Shown: positions 1 to 9,872 of the stretch, in pieces | Layout: every line of letters starts with the position of its first letter | Numbering within the stretch: the stretch's first letter is position 1 | Source: Bacteroidota bacterium | Lineage (GTDB): Bacteria > Bacteroidota > Bacteroidia > Flavobacteriales > Flavobacteriaceae | Direction: 5' to 3' | Assembly: GCA_039798665.1 (NCBI GenBank) | Contig: JBDKFO010000002.1 | Span: 3,990 to 67,989, forward strand | Length of the DNA stretch: 64,000 nt | The notes under the pieces: generated by a model | Database searches by the model: none | The model's input: the letters and a program-made list of their open reading frames with translations, nothing else | Told to the model about the DNA's origin: nothing | Translations under genes and position numbers: made by a program

Positions 1-1295
1 ACGTATTTTTTTTCGTCCAATACAAAATAAATATCATTGGCTAAGCCCTCTTCTGTAGGAGATAAAGCGTCAATTCCTCGATCAACGCCATCAGTTGCTG
101 TGGGTAAAAAAACCAAAGCGAGCTGTTTGGTGAATTGGTTATTCATGATGGTATTTAAGCGAATAACCGCAAGTTGATCGGCTGTAGCGTTTTCGGTTTT
201 AATTTGCTCATCGGTATCCAAGCCACGCTCAAATTGTGAATAGACATCGGCCTCTTTGTAGTAGCTTCGGTGTGTATTTTTAAGCGAAACAGCAACTGGA
301 GTCCCTGTTGCCTTTCCTTTAATCATGAACCCTTGTCCAATGGGCGCGTACTTGCGTTGTATGGCTAATCCAGAGGTAGCACCTGTTATATTGAGCGTGC
401 CGTCATTGTTGTAAGAATTAAATGTTGCGGGAACATATACCCCATAAGTTGTAGGACCAGTGCCAATGGGCGAATAGGTGCCGTAACCTCCTTGATAGCT
501 GGTTAACACGTGGGAATTTACCGTTTTGTCTTGTTCCCAATAATAGGCAATTCCCGTGCAATCGGTGTTGCTCGGATCTAGTAGAAAAGCATTTACGTGC
601 AAAGCCGATGGATACGGGTTTCCTGTTAAGGTATATTTATCGGCCGCAACGTTTACAGTGATTGTACCGTCATTGGGTTTTCCACGAAAATCATAGCGTT
701 GCGCTCCGCCGGGATTATTGGCAGTAGCTTCGCCAGCTGTGAGTGGATCAGTGCCTGCAGTGCCTTTCATGGTAAAACCTTGGCCCGCAGCAATGGTTGT
801 GGCGGAAGCGGTTTGCACCCATTCCGAATAATTTACACACGACAAAAACTTCCAAATCCAATAACTGGCAATCGACAAACTGGCTGCACCTGCTGCACCG
901 TCATAGCCGGTTACGATTGTTGCCGGATTGCTTGTGGTAGCTGAGGTAGGAACATGCAAAAGCGTGATGCCGAAATTTTCGTTTCCAGCAGCAGCTGACG
1001 CATTTCCTACTGGTGAACACCAGTAATTGTAATCAAAATTGTCGGACGTTCCTTCTTGAAAAACCGACAATTTGCCTAACCCTTTGTTGGTAGAAGTAGT
1101 GTTTGTGCCTTGCAGTAATTGGGCTTCATTTCGTAAATACAAAACCCCATTGTTTTGAATATCAATATCTTGATTGACAAACACCAATTCGTTTTTTACA
1201 AACATATAGCTGTTACTGCCCACATACAACTGGGAGCGCACCAAATTGGTAGTGCAGCATACCGCAATAAGTAAAAAAAGTAATTTTTGGGACAT
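1..1295 (-). CDS. Secreted protein, probably a T9SS cargo; runs off the window edge (3' partial)
   Basis: Not in the ORF track because no stop lies in the window. Manual translation from ATG 1295 gives MSQKLLFLLIAVCCTTNLVRSQLYVGSNSYMFVKNE...QEGTSDNFDYNYWCSPVG...GNPYPSAL...YYWEQ...GQGF...VLDEKKYV, still in frame at position 1. Signal peptide plus YWCSPV/GNPYPS/GQGF motifs typical of flavobacterial T9SS-sorted proteins; the CTD lies outside the window. Confidence 0.8.
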   Translation of the reverse strand, partial: MSQKLLFLLIAVCCTTNLVRSQLYVGSNSYMFVKNELVFVNQDIDIQNNGVLYLRNEAQLLQGTNTTSTNKGLGKLSVFQEGTSDNFDYNYWCSPVGNASAAAGNENFGITLLHVPTSATTSNPATIVTGYDGAAGAASLSIASYWIWKFLSCVNYSEWVQTASATTIAAGQGFTMKGTAGTDPLTAGEATANNPGGAQRYDFRGKPNDGTITVNVAADKYTLTGNPYPSALHVNAFLLDPSNTDCTGIAYYWEQDKTVNSHVLTSYQGGYGTYSPIGTGPTTYGVYVPATFNSYNNDGTLNITGATSGLAIQRKYAPIGQGFMIKGKATGTPVAVSLKNTHRSYYKEADVYSQFERGLDTDEQIKTENATADQLAVIRLNTIMNNQFTKQLALVFLPTATDGVDRGIDALSPTEEGLANDIYFVLDEKKY

Positions 1296-1786
1296 AGGAT
1301 GGGTAGAGTTATGTGTCGATTTAAATAATGCAGCGCGTGATAAAATGTCTCCCAATGGATTGATTTATAACGCTGAAAATTCAGCCATTCATTTCAAATA
1401 TCACGATTTATCTGATAGTAGACAAGTATAATTTTGAATGCTATTTTCCCAATGGGATAAAATTGATAGTAGATTACAACCAAACAGGCTTAAAATTTTG
1501 CTTTAGAGTATAGGCATTTTCATTTTTACAAATTTTTGCAGATATACACACCTCACGGCATCCGTGACTTGCCGTGTTTTTTTTCTTTTTTTTTAAATCA
1601 TGGCATATCTATTAAACAAATGAAGTGGCAGGTTCAGGCAATTACTTGCTGCTCATTTTATTTTTGCGTTGTATAGTTATTATATACGTACAGTGTATTT
1701 ATTTTCATTGCTTCTACTTTAATTTTAAAACTTATTAAAAGAGAAAAACAGCAATCTTGTTTCCTGTTCATTTTAAATCAAGCTAT

Positions 1787-3055
1787 ATGAAAGCATTTTA
1801 TTATACCGTTATTTTTTTAGGCCTTTCTGCTCTTGCAGAAGCCCAAGTAGGCATTGGTACATCAACTCCACAAGGAGCCTTGGACATTGTTTCGCCAGCC
1901 GGAGCACCCAATGGGCTTTTGATTCCCCGCGTTCCATTAACCATTGGTACTACGAATGCTTTGCCTCTGGTTGCGCCTACCATTTCTGAAATGATTTACA
2001 ACACCAGTACCGTAGGAGGCGCTACACCTGGTTTTTACTATTGGAGCGGGACAAGCTGGGTGCGTTTTGTAACAGGAACGGTAGCGGGTTGGTTAACCAC
2101 AGGAAATGCAGGATTAACTGCAGGCACAAATTTTATAGGCACTACCGATGCGGTTGATGTATCATTTAAAAGAGGAAATGTATTGTCTGGCTATATTGGC
2201 GCTAGCAGTACGGCCTTTGGTGTCGGCGCCTTGTCAGGCGGAGCCGCCACAACGAGTACAGCTTTTGGGAACAATGCCTTATCAGTGAGTACGGGAGCAA
2301 ATAATGTAGCTTTTGGTCAAAATGCCTTGCGCGATTGTGCAGGTTCCGCTACCTATAATACAGCGGTGGGAACCAATGCCTTAAAGGGAATCAACAATGC
2401 CGCTTCTCAATACAATACTGTGCTTGGCGGAGAAGCCATGGGGCTCACCACAGGTGACGTGAGCAATTGTACTGCCGTGGGTTACCAAGCGCTCTATTCC
2501 ATCAGTGGAGCAGGGGCTGCCCGAGGGTTAAACAATACGGCATTGGGATACCAGGCTGGGAGTACTATTACGACGGGTGAAAACAACATTGCAATTGGAT
2601 ACCAAGCCCAAGTTCCAGGAATTACATCCAACAACCAAATACAGCTAGGGAATAGCGCCATCAGTTTGGCCCGATGTCAAGTGGCCTGGACGTTGAGTTC
2701 AGATCAGCGATTTAAAAACAACATCAAAGACTCCGAATTGGGGCTGCAATTCTTGCAAACACTTCGTCCAGTTTCTTATTTGCGCACCAATGACGCGCAA
2801 GCCAAAACCGAATATGGGTTTATAGCACAAGAGCTTCAAACCGCGTTTGCCAAGGCCGGCCATGAAAATAATGGTGTAATATCGGCAGATGATTCTGGTA
2901 AGTTGGGCGTGCGCTACAACGATTTTATCTCGATATCGGTTAAAGCTATTCAGGAACAACAACTTCAAATAGAAGCCCTGCAACAAGCCAATGCCGAGTT
3001 GCAAAAAGTGAATGCGGCTATTTTGGAACGCTTAGCCAAATTGGAACGTCAGTAA
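1787..3055 (+). CDS. Tail-fibre-like surface protein with C-terminal peptidase S74 (intramolecular chaperone) domain
   Basis: Signal peptide MKAFYYTVIFLGLSALAEA; QVGIGTxxP head motif; repeated NTAxGxxAL beta-roll units; SSDQRFKNNI...LRPVSY...GFIAQE S74 signature followed by a coiled coil. ATG 1787 preferred over TTG 1757. Confidence 0.85.
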   Translation: MKAFYYTVIFLGLSALAEAQVGIGTSTPQGALDIVSPAGAPNGLLIPRVPLTIGTTNALPLVAPTISEMIYNTSTVGGATPGFYYWSGTSWVRFVTGTVAGWLTTGNAGLTAGTNFIGTTDAVDVSFKRGNVLSGYIGASSTAFGVGALSGGAATTSTAFGNNALSVSTGANNVAFGQNALRDCAGSATYNTAVGTNALKGINNAASQYNTVLGGEAMGLTTGDVSNCTAVGYQALYSISGAGAARGLNNTALGYQAGSTITTGENNIAIGYQAQVPGITSNNQIQLGNSAISLARCQVAWTLSSDQRFKNNIKDSELGLQFLQTLRPVSYLRTNDAQAKTEYGFIAQELQTAFAKAGHENNGVISADDSGKLGVRYNDFISISVKAIQEQQLQIEALQQANAELQKVNAAILERLAKLERQ

Positions 3056-3434
3056 CGTCCTAATTTATCTATTCCAAAAAGCGTTTCGCAATTCAATAAA
3101 CGTAAAAAGAAGTGCTAATTTTTAGAAGATCTGTTTTTTTTGTTTGTAATAAATATGATTTTCACAACCAATTAACCATACCGTTGGATAAAATTAACCA
3201 AGCAAAAACACAACATTAGTACAACAACGCAAAAACCCCGTTTTTTGCCAACTCCCAAAAACCCTTAGATTCTTCCCTATTTTTAACTATATCGTTTGCG
3301 TACGCTTCAATTTTAAGGAAAGAATTTGCCATCCATTTTTTGTATAGTTTATATATAGCCGGGATAAAATTTTAAAACTTATCCCATGGTCTATATTTGA
3401 GATTCTATACATGTAACCAATTAAAAACCAAACT

Positions 3435-6400
3435 ATGATGAAAAAAATTCTTTTATGTTTATTCCTAATGACTATTTCATTAGGGTATGCCCAACCTGGT
3501 GCATCGCCAACAGATCCTCCCGCAAGAAATGATTGGGATGTGAAATCTGTGTATAGCGATTCGTACACCAATCAAACTGGGGTGAGCTTTTTGAATTTTG
3601 GTGGAAGTACCATCAATGCCGATTACACACCACCAGGAGGAAATCCTGCTAAGTATTACACAGGGCACAGTTATTCTGGGATACAAGTAAACACGGCAGG
3701 AAGTCTAAACGTATTACAGATGACGCACTTACACTTTGATGTGTATTCGCCCAACTTTAGTTCGATGGCCATCAAATTAGAATCGTCTACAGGAGCTTTC
3801 AGAGAGCTTGCCGTAGCTGGTTCTGTTGTGCCTTCTGCCTCAACTAGAGACCAATGGATCAGTGTTGATTTGGCGTTGAGCACTTATGACACAGGCAACA
3901 TTTTAACAAGTTTAAAATATATAGTACCGGTAACATTTGGTCAAAATGCTACTTTATACATTGATAATGTTTATTTCTACAGACCGGCTACTACACAGCC
4001 CCCAACTTTAGGTGATTTTACAGTTCCTTCGCAATTAATAGGCGCGGCACCAATTACCCTAACTGCACCTACTTCTAATAGTGGTGGAGCATTTACTTTT
4101 ACCAGCAGCAATACAGCAGTAGCAACAATTAGCGGAACTACATTAACTATTGTAGGGCTTGGTTCATCAAACATTACAGCCACACAAGCAGCTGATGGCC
4201 CTTATGGCACTGGATCGGCAATTGCTGTTTTCAACGTAACACCCAATGCTGCACCTGTTCCACCAGCCCGTAATACCTGGGATGTAATTTCCTTGTATAG
4301 CGGTGCTTACACAAATCTTGCCAACACAAATTTTAATCCGAACTGGGGTCAATCTGGATTTGGAGCTTTTTCGGCTACTACTTTTGAAGGCGATGATGTG
4401 TTGCAATATCCTAACTTGAATTACCAAGGTACTGAAACAGCTGCCGATGTAAATGCAATTGCAATGACCAAAATGCACATCGATATTTTCTCGCCAACGT
4501 TAACGTCAATTCGTTTGTCGTTAATTAAAACGACTGGTGGCGCAACTGAAAAACCAATCACTTTGCCTTTAACTGCAGGCGTTTGGAACAGTTTTGATAT
4601 CGATTTAACCTCAGCCACATTTACCGGCTTGGATTTTACTAAAATCCGTCAACTTAAATACGACCAACCTTCTGCGGCAGGACAAACCCTAGTAGTAGAT
4701 AACATTTATTTCTGGAGAGATGCTACTACGCTTCCGCCAACTTTAGGTGCTTTTACCGTTGCTCCACAATTAACAGGTGCAGCGCCATTTGAATTAACTG
4801 CTCCAACTTCAAATAGTAATGGTGCATTTACGTTCAGCAGTAGCAATACTGCGGTGGCCACCATAAGCGGTACAACCGTAACGATTGTAGGAGTAGGTTC
4901 ATCAGTAATTACAGCAACACAAGCTGCCGATAGCGGCTATGGAGTAGGAATTGCTACTGCTACACTTGATGTTACGCCTACAGCAGCACCAACACCACCC
5001 GCACGAAACACCTGGGATGTAATCTCGTTATATAGCGGATCGTACACCAATGTGTCGGGAACCAACTTCAATCCAAACTGGGGACAGTCAGGATTTGGTG
5101 CTTTTTCAACGGCTTCTTATGAAGGCAATGAAGTATTGCGTTATCCAAACTTAAACTACCAAGGTACCGAAACGGCTGCCGATGTAAATGTTTCAGCCTT
5201 GAACAAATTGCACATCGATTTGTTTTCGCCTACCTTAACTTCTGTGCGTTTATCGTTGATTAAAGTTACTGGTGGCGCTGTTGAAAAACCAATCACTTTG
5301 CCTTTAACTGCAGGTGTTTGGAATAGTTTTGATATTGATTTAACCTCAGCCACGTTTACAGGCTTAGATTTTACCAAAATCCGTCAACTTAAATACGACC
5401 AGCCTTCTGCTGCCGGACAAACTTTGTCGGTGGACAACATTTACTTTTGGAGAGATGCTACCACGCAACCACCTACTTTAGGAGCCTTTACAGTGGCTGC
5501 CCAATTATTAGGCGCTGCTCCGTTTGAATTAACTGCACCGACTTCAAATTCTGCTGGAGCATTTACCTTTAGCAGTAGCAATACAGCAGTAGCAACCGTT
5601 AGTGGAACTACTGTAACTGTAGTTGGAGCTGGTTCTACAACCATTACTGCTACACAAGCCGCTGATGGTGGGTATGGAACAGGCACGGCAACGGCTACAC
5701 TTGATGTAACGCCTGCTGCGGCTCCAACCCCTCCGGCAAGAAATGCATGGGATGTGATTTCCTTATACAGTGGAGCGTATTCGCCTTCGTCTGCGCCAAA
5801 CTGGGGTGCAGCTGGAACTGATGTGTCTTTATCTGGTGATACTGCACGTTTTTTCAACGGATTTACTTTGGCTCGTTTGGCATTTGCTTCGACCAATGTA
5901 TCCGAGATGACGCACATGCATATCGATGTATACTCGTTGAATCAAAATCCATTGTGGTTTGAATTAAATGGAAACAGACGCGTAACCAACACACCTGTAA
6001 ATGGATGGGTAAGCGTTGATATTGCTTTATCTGAATTTGTGGGATTAAACCTGACAAACATTAGCTTTTTTGATTTAAACAATCCTACTGGCGCTTCTGC
6101 TCCAGTGAAACAAGTGTATTTAGATAACATCTATTTCTACAGAGACGCAACTTTGCAACCACCAACAATCGGTACATTAACAGTTCCAACTGGTGTAACC
6201 ATGGGTGATGCACCATTTGTGTTGACTAATCCAACAACAAATAGCTCAGGAACGTTCTCGTATACCAGCAGCAATACGGCGGTAGCTACAATTAGCGGAA
6301 ATACCGTGACTATTGTAGGTGGTGGTTCTACAACCATTACTGCTACTGTTGCTACTGATGGCGTTTATGGACCAAGAAGTACAACTGCTACGTTAAATGT

Positions 6401-8555
6401 TGCTTTTGCTTTACCAGGAGCCTCACCAATTCCACCTGCAAGAGAGGCAGCGAGAGTAATGTCGGTGTATACCGGGACTCCGGCTCAAGTATACGCAAAC
6501 AGTCCGGCTTATACCTTAGTACGTTCAAACTGGACCGCTGGAACGACGGCTAATTTTAATTTTGCTAATGGTGACAACACCTGTATTCAAGTAAATAACC
6601 TTGGATTTATTGGTTTGGTTGATCAAACCGAGCGTCGTTTAAATGTAACAGGCATGACCCATTTGCATTTAGATGTGTATTGCAATGCACCACTGTCTAA
6701 TTTATTTGTATTCCTTTTGGCTCCTGGAGACAGAAATTACAATACTGGACCACTTGTGGCGGGATGGAATTCATTAAGCATTCCGTTATCTTCCTACCCA
6801 GGTGCCTTGAATGACATTTACGGCTTTAAAATTGAGCAAAACGTAGCGCCAAACACTACGCAGATTTATCTGGACAACATTTATTTCAGTAATGATATTT
6901 ATACTTTTTACCAAGATACTGACGGCGATGGCTACGGAAACTTAGCGGCTTCAACCACTGCGGTTACTGCACCAACCGGGTATGTGTCCAACAGCACAGA
7001 CTGTGACGACAACGACAGTGCCGTATGGAGAACAGGCGATTTCTATGTTGATTTTGACAACGATGGCTACCATTTAGATTTGTCTCCATCAGCTTCAGTT
7101 ACAACCTTGTGCTATGGAGCTACTTTAGCACCGTACTATATTGCTTCAACGCTTGGCGCTGACTGCGACGACACCAACGCATTAGTTTGGAGATCGGGTA
7201 GTTTCTATGTGGATGCCGATAGCGATGGATATTCACCAAACGCCTCTTCTGAAACCTTGTGTTATGGAGCATCTACACCTAGTGGATATGCGGCCAGTAA
7301 CCTTGGATTGGACTGCGATGATGCAGCTGCCGCTGTAAATCCGGGTCATGTTGAGGTATTGTACAATGGAGTTGACGACAACTGTGACGGTCAATTAGAC
7401 GAAGGTTTCCAATTGACAACTGCCGTACAATCGGGTTCATGTGGTGTAACTTTGCCAACCTTAGGCGCATTGATTTATGCCAACATTAACTACTCAGCAA
7501 GCGGTTACCGTTTTAAAGTGGTAAACAACACCACTGGCGCCATTCAAACTATCGACAGAAGTCACCACTGGTTTGCCTTAAACATGCTTGCCGATTATGA
7601 GTATGCCACTACCTATACCATTTCAGTTGAATTGCAAAAAGCAGGTATTTGGTTGGGGTATTATGGATCTACTTGTTCTGTTTCATCACCGGCAATTTTA
7701 TCAGCTGGCGGAGCGTTACAAATTAATCCATCACAATGTGGAACTACATTAGCAAGCTTGGGTTCAGTTATTGCAACTACACCTATGAGCGGCGCAACGG
7801 GTTACCGATTTAGAGTAACCGATGTAACTGCAGGAGTAAGCGGATCAAACTTAATTCAAGTGAAAGACCGTTCGTACCACTGGTTTACTTTACCAATGTT
7901 AACCCGATATAACTATGGGTCAACCTATATGGTCGAAGTAGCCGTAAAAACAACTAGCGGTTACTCTGCCTACGGAACGCCTTGTTATGTAACTTCTCCA
8001 GCAGTACCAGGATTGGCTACTTGTGGAGCTGTAGTTCCAACAGCGGGTTCTTTGGTTTACACTACGTCAACCAATTCGGCTACGCAATACCGTTTCCAAG
8101 TTACCAATGTGTCTGATCAAACAACAGTAACGTTTGACACCAATAAGTTCTGGTTTAGCTTCCGAGTAAATGTTCCAGGTTATGTGCCAAATGCAGCCTA
8201 TTCAGTGCGCATTGCAGTGATGACTTCAGGAACATGGTCAGCCTTTGGTGATGCGTGCGAAATTACTTCGCCTGCTGCCTCAGCAAGAAACGAAGTGGCT
8301 GCATCACCTTCATTTGAAGCAGTTGCATTCCCGAATCCATTCTCAAGTGAATTCAAGTTGAATGTAACGACTTCTACTGCAGGTTCGGTAGAACTTCGCG
8401 TGTATGACATGATGGGTAAATTAATTGAGAACAAGTCAATTAACACCATCGATTATATAGCAGAAGACTTTGGAGCTGCCTATCCAGCGGGTGTTTACAA
8501 CGTAATTGTAACCCAAGGAGAAACAGTGAAAACCCTTCGCGTAATCAAACGATAA
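3435..8555 (+). CDS. Large modular T9SS type A-sorted surface protein: 5 carbohydrate-binding-like domains alternating with 4 Ig-like (BIG2-type) domains, DxDxDGY/DCDD Ca-binding (MopE-related) repeats
   Basis: Signal peptide; repeated PPARNxWDVISLYS...DNIYF modules and TLGxFTV...SSNTAVATISG..VTIVG.G modules; DTDGDGYG...DCDD repeats and NGVDDNCDG; C-terminal FPNPF...YDMMGK...GVYNV...KTLRVIKR T9SS CTD. Confidence 0.9.
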   Translation: MMKKILLCLFLMTISLGYAQPGASPTDPPARNDWDVKSVYSDSYTNQTGVSFLNFGGSTINADYTPPGGNPAKYYTGHSYSGIQVNTAGSLNVLQMTHLHFDVYSPNFSSMAIKLESSTGAFRELAVAGSVVPSASTRDQWISVDLALSTYDTGNILTSLKYIVPVTFGQNATLYIDNVYFYRPATTQPPTLGDFTVPSQLIGAAPITLTAPTSNSGGAFTFTSSNTAVATISGTTLTIVGLGSSNITATQAADGPYGTGSAIAVFNVTPNAAPVPPARNTWDVISLYSGAYTNLANTNFNPNWGQSGFGAFSATTFEGDDVLQYPNLNYQGTETAADVNAIAMTKMHIDIFSPTLTSIRLSLIKTTGGATEKPITLPLTAGVWNSFDIDLTSATFTGLDFTKIRQLKYDQPSAAGQTLVVDNIYFWRDATTLPPTLGAFTVAPQLTGAAPFELTAPTSNSNGAFTFSSSNTAVATISGTTVTIVGVGSSVITATQAADSGYGVGIATATLDVTPTAAPTPPARNTWDVISLYSGSYTNVSGTNFNPNWGQSGFGAFSTASYEGNEVLRYPNLNYQGTETAADVNVSALNKLHIDLFSPTLTSVRLSLIKVTGGAVEKPITLPLTAGVWNSFDIDLTSATFTGLDFTKIRQLKYDQPSAAGQTLSVDNIYFWRDATTQPPTLGAFTVAAQLLGAAPFELTAPTSNSAGAFTFSSSNTAVATVSGTTVTVVGAGSTTITATQAADGGYGTGTATATLDVTPAAAPTPPARNAWDVISLYSGAYSPSSAPNWGAAGTDVSLSGDTARFFNGFTLARLAFASTNVSEMTHMHIDVYSLNQNPLWFELNGNRRVTNTPVNGWVSVDIALSEFVGLNLTNISFFDLNNPTGASAPVKQVYLDNIYFYRDATLQPPTIGTLTVPTGVTMGDAPFVLTNPTTNSSGTFSYTSSNTAVATISGNTVTIVGGGSTTITATVATDGVYGPRSTTATLNVAFALPGASPIPPAREAARVMSVYTGTPAQVYANSPAYTLVRSNWTAGTTANFNFANGDNTCIQVNNLGFIGLVDQTERRLNVTGMTHLHLDVYCNAPLSNLFVFLLAPGDRNYNTGPLVAGWNSLSIPLSSYPGALNDIYGFKIEQNVAPNTTQIYLDNIYFSNDIYTFYQDTDGDGYGNLAASTTAVTAPTGYVSNSTDCDDNDSAVWRTGDFYVDFDNDGYHLDLSPSASVTTLCYGATLAPYYIASTLGADCDDTNALVWRSGSFYVDADSDGYSPNASSETLCYGASTPSGYAASNLGLDCDDAAAAVNPGHVEVLYNGVDDNCDGQLDEGFQLTTAVQSGSCGVTLPTLGALIYANINYSASGYRFKVVNNTTGAIQTIDRSHHWFALNMLADYEYATTYTISVELQKAGIWLGYYGSTCSVSSPAILSAGGALQINPSQCGTTLASLGSVIATTPMSGATGYRFRVTDVTAGVSGSNLIQVKDRSYHWFTLPMLTRYNYGSTYMVEVAVKTTSGYSAYGTPCYVTSPAVPGLATCGAVVPTAGSLVYTTSTNSATQYRFQVTNVSDQTTVTFDTNKFWFSFRVNVPGYVPNAAYSVRIAVMTSGTWSAFGDACEITSPAASARNEVAASPSFEAVAFPNPFSSEFKLNVTTSTAGSVELRVYDMMGKLIENKSINTIDYIAEDFGAAYPAGVYNVIVTQGETVKTLRVIKR
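4240..5710 (+). repeat. Intragenic tandem duplication, ~735-bp period (245 aa)
   Basis: Example anchor: gaaaaaccaatcactttgcctttaactgcagg at 4548 and 5283, with long near-identical stretches around it. Boundaries approximate. Confidence 0.85.
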
Positions 8556-8576
8556 CCATCGTTTAAGTATAATACT

Positions 8577-8607
8577 AAAAGCCCCTTCGGAAACGGAGGG
8601 GCTTTTT
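8577..8607 (+). terminator. Rho-independent terminator (likely bidirectional)
   Basis: aaaa-gcccct-tcggaaacgg-aggggc-ttttt between convergent genes. Confidence 0.8.
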
Positions 8608-8641
8608 GATTTAAGATTGATGACTTTTGATTTAAGATTGC

Positions 8642-8669
8642 TTCGCCAGTTCGAGCAAAGCTCTCGGGT
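8642..8669. repeat. Dispersed 28-bp REP-like element, copy 1
   Basis: ttcgccagttcgagcaaagctctcgggt, identical at 54328-54355; internal gagc-aaa-gctc hairpin. Confidence 0.75.
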
Positions 8670-8706
8670 GTTGATTTGTACGAGTATACTAAGCACGGCT
8701 ATAATT

Positions 8707-9759
8707 TTATAGCTTTACCGAAAGCGAACTGGCTATAAAAAAGTTTGATTTGGCCGGACCAAAAAGCAACTCATTGCTCTGAAAATTCTTGGCTTCCAAG
8801 CGCCACAACCATTTTTTGGCCACTTGATAATCAAGGTTGGAAGACAATCCGAGTAATTGAATGCCGCGAGGCGAAGTAGTCGAGATGATCAACTGGTTTT
8901 TATCGCTGTAGTATTCGGCTCGAAATGCCGTTCGAATTTTTTTGTTCCAAGTGATCCGTGTAATTGCAACCGGCGAATACCAAGCGTCATAGGATGTGCC
9001 GGCGGCTCTGTCTGTTCCCGCATCCAACCCAAACGTGAATCCCCATTTTTCTGTGGGTTCATAAACGGCGTAGAGGTTGTGAAAAAGCCGCATCGATGGA
9101 TAGTCTTCCACCAAATTATACCCGATAAAATTGCTGTAATTCAATTGTAAATTGGCTTTGGGCTTGTAATTAAATTGAAACCCATAAGCCGGATTTTTAC
9201 TATGCGACGGAAACTGTATGCGCTGCCAGCCATTTAAAACTAAAGCCGCAACATTCCATTTCTCGGAAGGAGCGGTGTAACTCAATTTAAGACCCGTTTC
9301 AAAATAGGGTGAATTTTCAGCCAAAATGCTGCGCGTCAAGGTCCAACAATCGGCACTGATGGCGCTTTCAAAACCAATGTGCGAAGGCATTACTCCGGCA
9401 TCCAGCCAGATGTTTTTGGCGCTAGACAATTTTACACCCAGATTTGCTTCTAGTATGGGTTTTGCCCAGTTTGGTTCGGCCGATAAATTGTATGTACTGT
9501 AATCACCCGCCATCAAAGCCACATTGCCTCGAAGTCGTTTGCTTTGGTAATTGGCTTTTACAAAGGCCAAATTTAGATTGGGTTGGTTGAGTTTTTTATG
9601 GCTGTATAAAAACCCAGAATGTTCACGCGCCGTTTTATGGCTAAAATTGTAATTGTAATACACTTCGCCATACCCCTGAAAAGTGAATTTTTTGGGCAAT
9701 TCGGTTTGGGCTACTGCGGAGTAACCAATAACGAGAAAAAAGTAGGCTATCTGTTTCAT
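8707..9759 (-). CDS. Outer-membrane beta-barrel porin (BBP2/OmpL-like family)
   Basis: Signal peptide; GYGEVYYNYNF, LDAGVMPSHIGFE...DCWTLTRS...ENSPYFETG motifs; alternating beta-strands with a terminal aromatic strand. Confidence 0.75.
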   Translation of the reverse strand: MKQIAYFFLVIGYSAVAQTELPKKFTFQGYGEVYYNYNFSHKTAREHSGFLYSHKKLNQPNLNLAFVKANYQSKRLRGNVALMAGDYSTYNLSAEPNWAKPILEANLGVKLSSAKNIWLDAGVMPSHIGFESAISADCWTLTRSILAENSPYFETGLKLSYTAPSEKWNVAALVLNGWQRIQFPSHSKNPAYGFQFNYKPKANLQLNYSNFIGYNLVEDYPSMRLFHNLYAVYEPTEKWGFTFGLDAGTDRAAGTSYDAWYSPVAITRITWNKKIRTAFRAEYYSDKNQLIISTTSPRGIQLLGLSSNLDYQVAKKWLWRLEAKNFQSNELLFGPAKSNFFIASSLSVKL

Positions 9760-9872
9760 CTGCTTAATAAAAGCGCAAAACTAAATAAAACCTCTACGAG
9801 TTGAATGATATAACAAAAAGCTTTTTGAGTAAAAGTGCTTCACTCACCTTGTTTTTTGGGTTCTATTTCTAT

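Noticed and set aside
699-1431. Plus-strand ORFs 699-944 and 1246-1431
   Set aside because: They overlap the long minus-strand CDS from 1295 to the window edge, which the ORF track missed because it has no stop in the window.
1787-3055. Prophage, based on the S74 tail-fibre domain
   Set aside because: The protein has a Sec signal peptide, and the window has no capsid, terminase, integrase or lysis genes.
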